A stretch of 64,000 nucleotides of DNA from Lingula anatina. Its lineage: Eukaryota; Animalia; Brachiopoda. Below are positions 40,111 through 52,200 of the stretch, in pieces (the stretch's first letter is position 1; each line of letters begins with the position of its first letter). Both the position numbers and the translations under genes were made by a program. The DNA is taken from assembly GCA_051362555.1 (NCBI GenBank), contig CM120648.1:7250587-7314586 (forward strand). The letters run 5' to 3'. The notes beneath the pieces are model-generated. The model did no database searches. It saw only the letters and a program-made list of their open reading frames with translations, and was not told where the DNA came from.

Positions 40111-41415
40111 CTAGGAGAAAAGAAAAAAACAAATAAACACTTAAACGATTTCGAAGTTAGCAAAAGGCGGGATTGTAAATGAAACGGCATTGTAAATGAA
40201 ATATGAAAGAAGTGTACATGAAGATGCAAGCTGAACAATGCAAAAACATCATGGTCAAGATAAAGATAATTAACTGTTATGACAAATCCAATTCCTTGCG
40301 TGCCTCGATTTCCAACTGTACTTTACCGCGTACAATATATATTTACCACCAGCATCTAAAATATAACGTGATGCCGATGAGTCAGTCGAAACATTAAAAC
40401 TTCATTATGCTATCTAATTTAGACTTTCAACATCCATGGTGGTTCAATCAGAGCATTTTCAACTACTTTTCGATTGGACCAAATACTGAACCAACGGCGG
40501 TGGTTCCCTTTCTTTTTTCATCTACATATAAAAACCTACAATCAGCAAACACTGGATGACCAAGATAAAGAACTACCTCTTAAGCACTTGAGCTTAGATA
40601 AAATGCTTTTAAATTTCGCTTTGCCCAAAAGCAATGGAACAGGATGGCAGTACTTCACGTGCAGACAAAACAGCAGACATCTATAAATGTCCGCAGAAAA
40701 CCTGATTGCCTCTAACATTTGTTGAAACTCAATAAAATGCACATACAGCATTATGTAATATTTGTGCAATAAAATCAATTTGTACGTAACGCGTAACGAC
40801 CACATAGAAGAGTGCCTGCTGTAATAGTCGTGCTTATGATTCTATACAGAACCAAATGCTTATCCGAGTCTTACATTAATTGTCCAATCATCATTCTGAA
40901 CCAGAACTGAAATCTGCAATACAGTGCTTCAAAGCAGATACTTAATGATGAGTGTTCGTTCATAAGCGTTTTGTAATTATTAAATTTTATTAAAACAAAG
41001 GTTTCAATACTACCCTTGATTAATCTGATTAATGGGTGATTTAGTGTATTAACTGGCATAGGAAGACTGTCAGCATAAATGACTACAAGGTCCTCGGTGC
41101 GTGCTCCAAAGAACGTCCACGGTTTAACTACTATGTGCATAAATGTACTGAATAATGTAAAATATTGAACGGCTTTATATGGTTCGCACTAGCTGTACAC
41201 AGGACAGATAGAGTGTGGTTACACACAGTGCTCGTGGCGAGTACCACGTATAAAGCCAACGAGCTTCAGACGTACTTGTCAATATATGTATGATTAATGT
41301 GGATGTGCACAGATGTCAAGTAGTCCATCCACTAATTAATGAGACGACTGTGTGACACAGGCTGACACGTGCTTTCGGGACACCTCAATTAACGCAATGC
41401 CAGATTTCACCTTAC

Positions 41416-41451
41416 CTGAGGTATGCTTTTGCCTTCCATTGAAATCTGCAT
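41416..41451 (-). CDS. Candidate short start exon or micro-exon of paralogue B (MQISMEGKSIPQ)
   Basis: Consensus phase-0 donor CAG|gtaagg with in-frame ATGs at 41451 and 41439. It could also be a 30-nt internal exon after tgcag|. Confidence 0.4.
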
Positions 41452-43301
41452 ATGTCAGGTGGCACATGGATGCGATATACGTCTCTTCCTACTAGTACTG
41501 TGTCATGATATTAAAGCGGTCGTGACCACAATTCCATGCTATGCAGATCCTTACATATCGTATATGCATATTTCATTTTTGCTGTACTGCATACTCATCT
41601 TAAAGTAAATGCACAGACAATATGGCCGTGCTTCTGAGATTGATTGATTTTATACATGCAGCCCAGTCGCCATCCGTCAATGGGGAGAAACACTGTAAAT
41701 CCAGCCATACATGGTTAGCCTTATTCTATATTCTAACTACCTGCATGAAGTTTTCCATTTAAAAATCAGCAATATCTCATACACACAGTCGAATATGCCG
41801 TCCCAATCTAGCTCCGAACTGCAACGCGAACCATGCCCAGTAGTGTTTCTCTTTCTGTTCTAATGACACTGTAGGTATAACGCAGCGTGTGATAAAAAGG
41901 CACAGCAGGGTCAGTATACCGTTAATGCCACTGAAGATCCAATATTATATGGGCCCGTTGCACAATAAAGGGTTGATGCGATAGATTCGTGCGATGCGTG
42001 AATAGTTCCGGTATTGCTAATCTAGCTAATAATAACTTCACTTACTGTCAGGAAAGCCTACTGAAGACGTGGCACTGAAATTCCTCTCGGAGTATAGAAC
42101 AGTCAAAAATTACTTTGCAATGGAAATATCCAACTGCGCGGTATATTTCAAAACAGATAGGGAAAAATATCCCTATCACTTCTGATTGAAATCATATATT
42201 GATACCGAATAAAATTCCAAGAACTTGGAACCCGATCAATAATGTCAAAATACACATATATATCGGAATTGTAAATACCTGTGACTACAAAGCACGTTAG
42301 AAGCAGGTGCTGTCTGAAGTCACTACATGTAGGTATACGCACACCTCATGCTGTTCATTTTCTCAGCTGATACATATGCTGATAGGTATTGGATAGGACC
42401 GCTGGGAGGAAAGGCAGTCAATACGGATATTTTTAATTACCTCTAGTTTAGACTTTGGAATGAGATATATGTTTAGGGGAACATAGTTATCAATATGAAA
42501 GAACTTAAAATCACCTGTTGTTTCTACTTCCACTCCTTCCTAAGCCATGTGTAACCACATCCTTATTAAAGCTGTTTAAAGCAGTAAACATTAAAAGAAG
42601 TAAACTTTCAATATTTTAACATAGTCAATAATATACCCCTTGCCCCTTTTCATGACATTTGGGGGGAAAGTGCAAACTCGCTTTTACTGGCTGTAGATAG
42701 ACAAATGAAATGAGTTGTGCTGTTTCACCTTTATGAGAACATCTAACACAACAAAGCAGCAACACCATTCGAGACACCTCGAGTGATTTCGTCGAGGCAC
42801 GAAATCGTCCGCAGTTGGCCGAATGGCAGCAACGCCCTCTATACTATTCAGACTGTCGTAGATTATGACTCTAGATTTCATATACAGTGCTCTCAAACAT
42901 AATTTAAATGCTTAAATCCCCCGCGACAAAAAAAAAAAAAAAGAAAGAAAGAAAGAAAGAAAGAGAGAAGGTTAATCAAGTGTTAACGCAGAAGATAAGG
43001 CACAGCATAATACCGTGCTAAGTTGAAATACGAACCAGTTTTGCCCTGTTAGGAAAAATAACCAGTTCTTCCAGTGTTTGGTGATATGCAAACAGACCGC
43101 AGGTGGGCAGCAGTAGGCGCTTCCATTTAAGGTATAGGATTTACGTACGATTAACCAAGGTGGTTTTAAAAAGAATGATATTCAACCATTTAAAGAGTTT
43201 TTTCAGGGCATCTGTGGTATCTTAGATTTTTCGTGAAACATGTCAAAAGGTATCAATAAAAGTGTGTTCTTCTTTTCTCAAACCTCATGATCTGGCCCTT
43301 A

Positions 43302-43557
43302 GACCCCATTCCCATACCCAGATCGATCTAGTAGGATCAACCCATCTTCGAGGGGATTCTCGCTAAATTGCATTCAGATTAAGCGGCTTAAGTGTCTGGC
43401 ACGCCTACCGAAGCTGTTAAACGATAGTTACTTACCCCGTAACAGCTTCATTAGGCGTGCCAGACATCAGAGCCGCTTAAGGTGAATGTAATTTAGCGAG
43501 AAACCCCTCGGAGATGGGTCGATCCTGCTAGATCTATCTAGATATGGGAAAGGGGTC
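43302..43557. mobile_element. Long-palindromic PIF/Harbinger-like MITE
   Basis: tta|GACCCC...GGGGTC|tta, with about 117-bp imperfect inverted arms around a short spacer. Confidence 0.85.
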
Positions 43558-44896
43558 TTAAACCCCTGTCTATCTTGGTACCATAACTCAGACTCCCGTC
43601 AAGAATAGTCTGGCAAATACATGCTTTGGTTCACCAAGAGGGTAGGGTGTTGGATGTCTTCGTCTCGTACATCCATACATCTTCCCACCTCTGTCGGGTT
43701 AAGCACTCTCTGCGTGCTTAATCCTGTTTTACTGTCCCGGTGTTAATGTTTCGCACTTAACGCTTACGGTGCCATTTAATGGGATATTAGCTCTCTTTAC
43801 AATATGCCGTTTTCACGCTTATCTGCAATTTTGTTTCTTTTTGCAAAATGGGAAAATGTGTTATAAAACGAATAGGGATAGTTAGTTAAAGCATCATCAC
43901 AATTGTCTTCCTCGGGTTTCAGATGGACAGGTGAGACCCAGACACCTGCGGATTCGGTATGCGGTAATGGGTACTTAATGTAAATAACATGGGTGTAATG
44001 CATCGTAGATAGAGGTAATGCTCTTCAACTTCAACCGAGCATGAAATAAAATATGTTTATAATTTCCTGCAATTTTGCGACGTTTCCCCATCGACATCTT
44101 GTCGGATTTTAGCACATGGAGTCTTTTGTGCATATCTCTTAAACGCAAAGTTTTTTTAGGGCGCAGAAATGGTTTTCTTAAACAGTCTCAACTGTCAGGT
44201 ATGTTTTACTTATGAATAACGGAATATAAAATAAATCATATGACAAGCAGAATCGAACTTCGTCTTCTTCTTATCGTTGTTTTTGAATACGACTTTAAAC
44301 AAATGTAGGCTGTTCTGTAATTCGTCTGAAAAACAAGGATGCTGTGACACTGACACAAGTTCTCATTTTTCGCAGATAGATTATTTGTTCAACAAATCGC
44401 GCATACTGAGACAAAAGGTAATAAAAATCACAACAAAATGATTCTGAGAATACAGTTTCATTGAAATTACTTATTTTTCACTATGGCTATGTTTAATAGG
44501 CTGTCCGTGATAGGCTTACAACCGTGAAAATTTAAAGTCTCAAATTAACGTACAAAAATACGCGCACTGGAATTAAAAGCAACAAAAACACAAATTGACA
44601 AACAAAGCGCACTTAGAGAAAATACAGTCCGTGGAAATGATTTCTTGTTGTGTTTATATTTTCATACAGCTCATGATACCTTAAACATTGCCAAGGCCTA
44701 CATCAGACGCTATTTAGTGTTGTAATACTTCCTTAAATCATATTTATCTTGTCTGGGCCTCCATACGTGCCACACCACATTAAACAGCACTTCTTGTTAA
44801 AGAGGTTTGACTGCAGTGATTAACAAGTCAGGCGTCTATTTTATCTTGGGCGAATTTAAGTGAAAGTTTGTGTCTGTGAAGAGAGAAGCACTGAAG

Positions 44897-44960
44897 GTGT
44901 GTGTGTGTGTGTGTGTGTACACATGAGAGAGAGAGAGAGAAAGGGAGAGAGAGAGAGAGA
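44897..44960. repeat. (GT)n/(GA)n microsatellite
   Basis: Seen directly. Confidence 0.9.
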
Positions 44961-47900
44961 AATATGGCGGGAGAGGGGTGAAATATGTGAAGCGAGAGGA
45001 GAGGGAGGAGAAAAAGAGGTGGAGAATACACATCTCTTTTTCGCCAAGAGGACAACCACAAGAGTGAACAAACCAGTATTATTGGAGTAAAACCGCAACT
45101 TATCCTACTTTCGGGCCGTGTGTTTTAGACTTTGCGTCGAAGTCTCTCAAAGAATAATTAGAAATATAGTCCTGTTACTTATGGGACACTTCATTCTACA
45201 AGTGTCTATATTAATTTGTGCCTTCTTTTTTCATATTGGTGTTTGATAAGCCTTACGAACCCTTGTTTAACGCTCCAGTATATATTAAAGTGATAATGGG
45301 TATAACTTTAAAGTCACGCAGATGAGCACGAGTATATTAGCCACTGATCTTCATACATCATATTAACACATGATTGCCCACGGAGTAACATCGACTCAAA
45401 TGACAACTTCTCATACTTCTCTTCTTTTTGTCCTGGTTTCTATTGCATACATACCCTAGAAGTATGTTCGATAAAATAAACCTGTCACTGCCATATATAT
45501 ATGTATATATAACTATATATATATACATAATTCAAAAATATCATTTACATCATATTCATTTAGGCTACGTGCAGATATTGTGCTGTTCGAAACAGATACA
45601 CGCAGTAATATCTTTAAAGAGATTTTTTTCTCTGTACACATGAAGCCTCTCCAGCCAGACATTAAGCTATCCCGCTGTCCCCGCTGTATGTGACATGAAT
45701 AAGGACTGCTAGTTTATGGCATTAAAAGTCCATAAAGCGACTTCAAAGTGTGAATATTAAAACAAAGCATCAGTATTCCATAAAGACAAGGTACATACTT
45801 TGATTAATTGAAGTATGTCATCATTTTTGTACTATAGCCATGCCATATTGTATATTTACAAACCAGAGGTGAACACCACTTCGCTAAAAAAGACAAAGCA
45901 TTTTTTAAAAGTTTTTTAAAAGTGTCAGCCAATACAAAGGTATCACAACGAATTCTCCGTTTTGCACGCAAATTAGGACACGCGCTCATCAGGACAGGGA
46001 CCATGGGAACGGGGAGCAGAAAAAATGGCAGTTGCATTTCTCACGCCATAAAGGTTCACAGCAGGGCCAATAACGTAAAATAAAATAAAATAATGGTGAC
46101 ATCATCTCGAGAGTGTTTCAGCTCTCCAGGCCTTGTATGGCCATCAGAAGCTACGACACGTCTCGAGCCACGTAAAAGGGGCATGCTGAATGCCAATGTC
46201 CAAATCCTTGGCAGAGATGGCACAGGTGATATCAATCTCTTCTAACAGCCATCAATTAGGACAAACCGGACAAGTGTATTTGCACTTAGAAAGCTTGACA
46301 TACGACGGTCTGCCTGTCCCTTGATAAGTGTTATGCATCAGCACAAATACCTATCATTTCTTCTTCTTTTTAGGGAGGAGGGGGGCATTTTGCAAATCAT
46401 TTATCATATCTTTAGTTGTGCTTGGTAAAGAAATTTACATGTATACGTCATTTTGACTCTGCAAGTTGTTTATAAAATTCTTCATAAAATATTTTGAAGG
46501 TTGAAAAAAACTAGCAAACAGACATGCAAAGTCTTGTTTTGCCTTGTTTTTCATAAAATTTATTCATTTATTTCGTTGTTAATTAATTTTATTTACTCGT
46601 TGATTTTTAGATTTCACTCGGTGTAGGGCATGCGTCCATTTCGAATAATGCACAATAGGATCACAACAGAAATACAAAACATGGAAATAAATAGTTTCTT
46701 TGCATAATGAAGTTACTTTGGTAACATAACTATGCAGGCAAATCTGTCTTCAATGCATATCTTATAAACGCATAACATAAAGAGTCGACAGGGTTTTGTC
46801 TCGGGTTGCCTCTGATGGTAGACGCCAAGGGGCATATGACATTCATTCATGCATTTGGATACATCCTCCAGCATGTACACATACAACGACATGGCTTGTT
46901 AACAAGAACAGCATCAAGAACCTCCTATATTAATAACCTGGCATCTTAGTCATGATGTAGCGAAGATTGCCAACATAAACGCCCATGGTAAAGACCTACA
47001 TCACTGTACTTTACAGCTCATGGTGATTGAGAGCCATGTACATGTACACTTGTTGCTTGTCGCAGGAAATTAACGCCTCTGGATACCCCATTACTTTAAT
47101 TTCTGGACGCCTCAGACAACTATTTGAAAAGTATGTCCTGCATTAATTTTCGTGAATAAAAAAAAAATAAAAATTAAAAACTATTTGAAAACTAGTAAGA
47201 AATCGTTTTCGAAAGAGGCTGAACGTATTTTTGCCAATGAGGCATGGTGTTTCTGCCTTCGGACATGATTCTTTACTTTTGTACCATCTTTACATAATTA
47301 AGAGACAATGTAAAATCAATTTCTGTGTATCTGAAAATTATAAAGTGTTTTGTTTTGTGTTTAAGTGTTTTTACGGTCACAGGACTAATTGCTCCACTAT
47401 CATGCCCAAAAAATATGAATCAGCCGTTTTTTTTATGCCCAACATAAGTGGAACTGTACATTGAAGTGTGTGAAAAGCAACAAAAATCCTAATTTCCCTT
47501 TTAAAACTTTGGTTAAATGCCTTCTGACGTGATTTCCCTAATATAAATTGCTGTTGTAGAACTCATTGTTGTTTCCACAAAATAAATTGAGTTAAACCCT
47601 TTGAAAACAAACCGAATTTTATTCTCATAAAGGGCGACCCTGGATCTCCAAGGTCGGTGACATTAAATTATGGATATCATAAAATTGGTGTATGTATCTA
47701 TATTTATATATATATATGTACGTATTGCGGTTTTATTTGTTATGTGGTTAGTAACCATTGAACAGTGTGGTAGACGCATTTTCACCAAGGAAATTGAAGA
47801 AGGGTGTCAAAATAACCATTTCAAACAACATTTACCCCAGGAGAGATGCAGCAAAATATGTTCCATGGGAGTAGAAAAAGAGTGCATGCGTGCTCCTTTA

Positions 47901-49163
47901 AATTTACAGACATGATAAATAAATATAATATATCCTTTTCAAAATATGACTTCTTTCGGCAACTTTTTTTAAAACATCGGTAACCCCATTTGAGGGAGGG
48001 CGTTTTTTCATTCATGTCTCAAAAACCCTTCACCTTGTGTCCGAGAGGCATATACCTGATGAACGACTAAAGGCTAGTGGACGGTAGATGACGTCAACGT
48101 TAAGTTCACTGGCGGCGTTTTAAGGGGTGGGCGCCTGCTAAGGTTAACTATAAGATTCATCACATGGAGATGACCTACTTAACGGTGCAAGGATTCCAGG
48201 CCAATCTCAATTTTGTCACACAGGTCGTATAGTCTGATTTAACATCTGAATAATATGCTGTATTTTCAACATTTCTTTAATATTGAACATTTTACTTTCG
48301 TTATTTTCATTGAACATATTCATTTTTCCCCGCTTGTGGTAAGTTATCATGACACTAACTTTAGAGAGGCCTAAATAAGAATACCCAGAGGGCAGCACAG
48401 ATCACCTAGAGGGCGGGCCCTTGCAAGACAATCTGTCATATTTGACATGGCACACGAATGGGTCAAGTGCCTGTGGTAACTGACAATGACCGAACAACTG
48501 CTCGTCTAAGGTGTTTAAAGAGAAGCTAGCAGCCATATATGAACATTCTTAGAAATGAATCATTTTGTGGCCATGAAGATCTTAAGTAGTTATTATTTTT
48601 CTTTTAAGGATAATGAAGTTGAGTGGCAGTTCAATATTAATTTTTGACATGCTAGTCGTGATCTTTTCCCTTTGTCTGATCTGCAGGTGGAATAGTTTAG
48701 TAACTTTTCACATACATCAATTATAATCATTATTTTATTATAATGCCTATCATGATTAAATCTTATAATTCCCTTTACTTAATAATTATTATCATCATAA
48801 TGTATGTAACAGTGACAAAATACTGTTTGGTTCTTGATACCTCATATAAAGGCTATACCATCGGCGACTGCATCACAAATTGGAAAACCACAGCTTCCAT
48901 GTCAATCCATCCCCCTCTCTCTCTCTCTCTCGTGGTTCATTAAATTTCTCCCATTTCTGCGCAAGTTGTTAAAACACGTGTTTTTTGAAAATACATGGAC
49001 TGGGAGGATACTGCATCAGCGGAATTCTCAAATTTCTCCAAATATCACCAAAAACAACAGCAATACTTTGAAATCCCCTTACTTCTTTCATAAAAGCAAT
49101 GTAGAATTGAAAAGCAGAACACCAAGGTTGGTTAAAATATATCAAAGCAAAGTTCTGACTCAC

Positions 49164-49286
49164 CATAGCCCCGGGTCCTGGGTTCAACTCCACATCACCA
49201 CTCTGAAGCAGACGTTGCTTGTCGCTGGAAAAGTCGCCCCCCTGCACAGGACTCTCGTGGCTGCGGTATTTCTCGAGATCTTTCAT
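49164..49286 (-). CDS. Coding exon with a 2A-like (StopGo) peptide; candidate first coding exon of sacsin-like paralogue B
   Basis: 41 codons, MKDLEK...RLLQSGDVELNPGPGAM, followed by consensus donor ATG|gtgagt (phase 0). In-frame upstream TAA and an acceptor tttttcaattacag| at 49443. Confidence 0.6.
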
Positions 49287-52200
49287 CGGCGCCCTGTCAG
49301 CGTCTCCAGCTGGTTTGTAACTTCCAATTATGTATGTTTGTCTGAAATCCCTTTATTCAAAAATATCCCTTGTCCTTACTTCTGGCTGTAACCAAGCATG
49401 ATTCCCTTGTGTTGTCGAGGTCCTGTTTCTGTTATTTGTGTCCCTGTAATTGAAAAATTAACCGGTGTCAAGTCCTATGTTAAAAGTTTTTTCAGATCTT
49501 CATATATTTTAGAAGAATTGTTGCCATAAGGCCACCGTGCCCCTATAACATGACAACCTCAGGAAACCACATCTTCCATTTTTGCTGTGCTGAATATTTT
49601 ATGCCAAAAGACCTTACTCGGTTTACAATGAACATATCACCGCCTAACACAAGTAGACCAAACGACAAGACCATGACAACAAAATATGAATATGCAAATA
49701 GTAAAAATGAAAAGATTCCCGTAAGCTATGTCTGGGCCCAAACATCCGAAAGCGTGATGGTGCAAAGTAATAAAATCCAAAATGAGTGCATATTTAGCAA
49801 TGGTTTGGAAAAGTCACATGACAGAGAGAAACCTGAAGTTCGGACCGATACATACTTTCCATGTATGGAATGGAAATTATACACTTGATAATATGTTTCT
49901 TCTTATTTGGAAATTTTTTAATAAGACTCATACCAAAACGAGTAAATGTGGATTCCTGACCTAACCCCTACTCAACGTCATCGTCAAACCGCACATTTTG
50001 TATACCATAAAATATATCAAAATCTGTAGCTTTCCCATAAAGAAGTACAGATAATTCACTATAATAGACTATGTATATAAGACCTGTTGCTACTTGTGAA
50101 AGCACTGCCCCGATAAAAGACATACAGGGTTACATTGGAATACAGCACCATCCTCAGTGCCACGTCGTGCAAAACCCCCGTTTTTATACCCCTCCCTGTA
50201 TCCAACCCCATCCCCGCCACCCCACCCTCTAATTTATTTAGAATATTGGCTCCCCACAGCCTTCTTACCTCTCACAACCACTCCCAGCGAATTGAACAAA
50301 TTAAAAATTTACGGTGCAACTATTGCTGTCGCTCTCAACTACAGTTCCCACACACCATAACATTACGACATGCACAACTAACATAACATAAAGTGCTATA
50401 TGCACTAACAATTAACGTCGTAAAAATAACACTCAACTGAGGTTATGTTGAGCTTTCGTCTGGGCATATTTTCAAAAGAGCAGCTGATGACGCAACCCCT
50501 TTCTTGATAGGTACAAAAATATCTTCAGTGGAGGGTATGGGAAAAATTAAGATAAAGGAACGAGAAAAACAGCCTGGTTTACAGGATATTAAACTTGCAA
50601 ACCGCAACGGTGGAAGAGAGTGCTGCTTGTCTGGTGACGTCATTAAGCCTCCACGGTCTAAACTTGTCCAGTTGTGAACTTGACCCATGAGTCCTCAGGG
50701 TTAAAAGTGAGACAGCCAGATAAGCACAAGTTTTGGCGAATAAATGTCACAAGACTGGAATAAATAAATGTCAAACTGCCTATGCTCGAGACGGTTCCGT
50801 TCGTGCTCGTCGTTATGCAAGACGGAAAATGACGATGTCATTGTAATTAATCACCATGGGTAAAATTCGAAGTTGCAGGAGTAAGGCCGCAGGGGGCACA
50901 GGTGTGGTCACCTCCAGCTCCGTCTTTACTAAAATGGTTTTAGATCAGATCCACTTCAGGAAGTAGATTCAGAGTAATGCTTTATCCCTGGGAAGGTAAT
51001 ATCAAGCAGCCTGCTTCTCAGAGACCGTCTGGAAAAGTTATCAGTGATAAAACACATGCGAAAAAAAAAAGAACAGCTACACAGAGCTGCAGCCTTCATA
51101 AGTTGACTGGATGACGTAATTGTTTAAGTATTTTGCCTATCTCATACGAAAAACACAAGACTTATAAAAAGTTTTTTCAAGAGAAAGGGTAAAGTTTGCA
51201 GTTTTCGTCCTTGATTTAAATGTAAGGTTTAAACTTAAACTGCAGATTTTAAATGCGATGTGTAGTTTATATATCCATGTTCTCCGTAACCAGTCATGTA
51301 CATTTCAGTGAAATGGCCGTCACATATTTCTCGCACCATGTCCGTTTATAAAAAATTTCTATATAATGTGGCCATGCAAATAAACACACTTGGAAACGGT
51401 AAGTCTACATGTATGTCGTCTCCAAAATAACGTCGCACTCACGCATCCTATTAACTATATTAACTACACATTACTTTGTCAAGCAAAATACACCCTGCGG
51501 TAGTCTATCTATCATCCTTTTTGCACAAAACAATCATATCACTTGGCTCATTCCTCCTTCCATCGCCCCTTGGAGCCTCCGGCGATCAACGTAAAAAAGT
51601 ACATAAAGAAATTAAAAGATGTCATTCTGTGTAGCGTCTTGGCAACCTTTCATGCCATACCTTGACAAAGCATTTTGAAGTTAAATGAAGGATGGTGTTT
51701 AGATGGATTTGTAATATCTAAGTCGATGGCCACTTTACCTTCTAAAATAGAAGTCTCTTTGTGAGCGAGGTTCGCAACCTTATAGCTGGCTGGTCTATTG
51801 TTGACCACAGTTAGGAAGCCAGTCTGGCTTATCTATGGTGCCCTTGGTCTTCCTCTCTATCCTACATTTACGTAGAGAGAAGGAGGGAGGGAGGGAGGAA
51901 GAGAGAGGGAGGAGGGACGTGCTCAAGCGCACGCACTCATGCATGTACAGTTAATCCAAAACACCTCTAATCTTTTTATGAAAAACGAAAGAAAAAAAAA
52001 TAACGTTTTTTCACCTCACACCTCATGTGACAAGAGTTTAACCTATAGCATGACAACCCGCACCATCAAGGGGCTGGAAAAGACATAAGCTGTGGCCAAT
52101 TGGAGGCTACCTATAGTGTCAAAATACTTACCCTGCACGCTCAGCCTTTCAATGTCAAACCAGCCGTGACTTCTTGCATTTTAGTTCAGAAAATGTTCAG

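Noticed and set aside
48400-49160. Intact LINE (L2/CR1) ORF following the 2A motif
   Set aside because: No PHD, endonuclease or reverse-transcriptase motifs and no long ORF downstream, although a retroelement origin of the motif remains possible.
48834-49391. 185-aa plus-strand ORF, and the part of the 105-aa minus ORF beyond 49164
   Set aside because: No recognisable domain. The plus ORF is antisense to the 2A exon, and the minus extension lies past a consensus splice donor.
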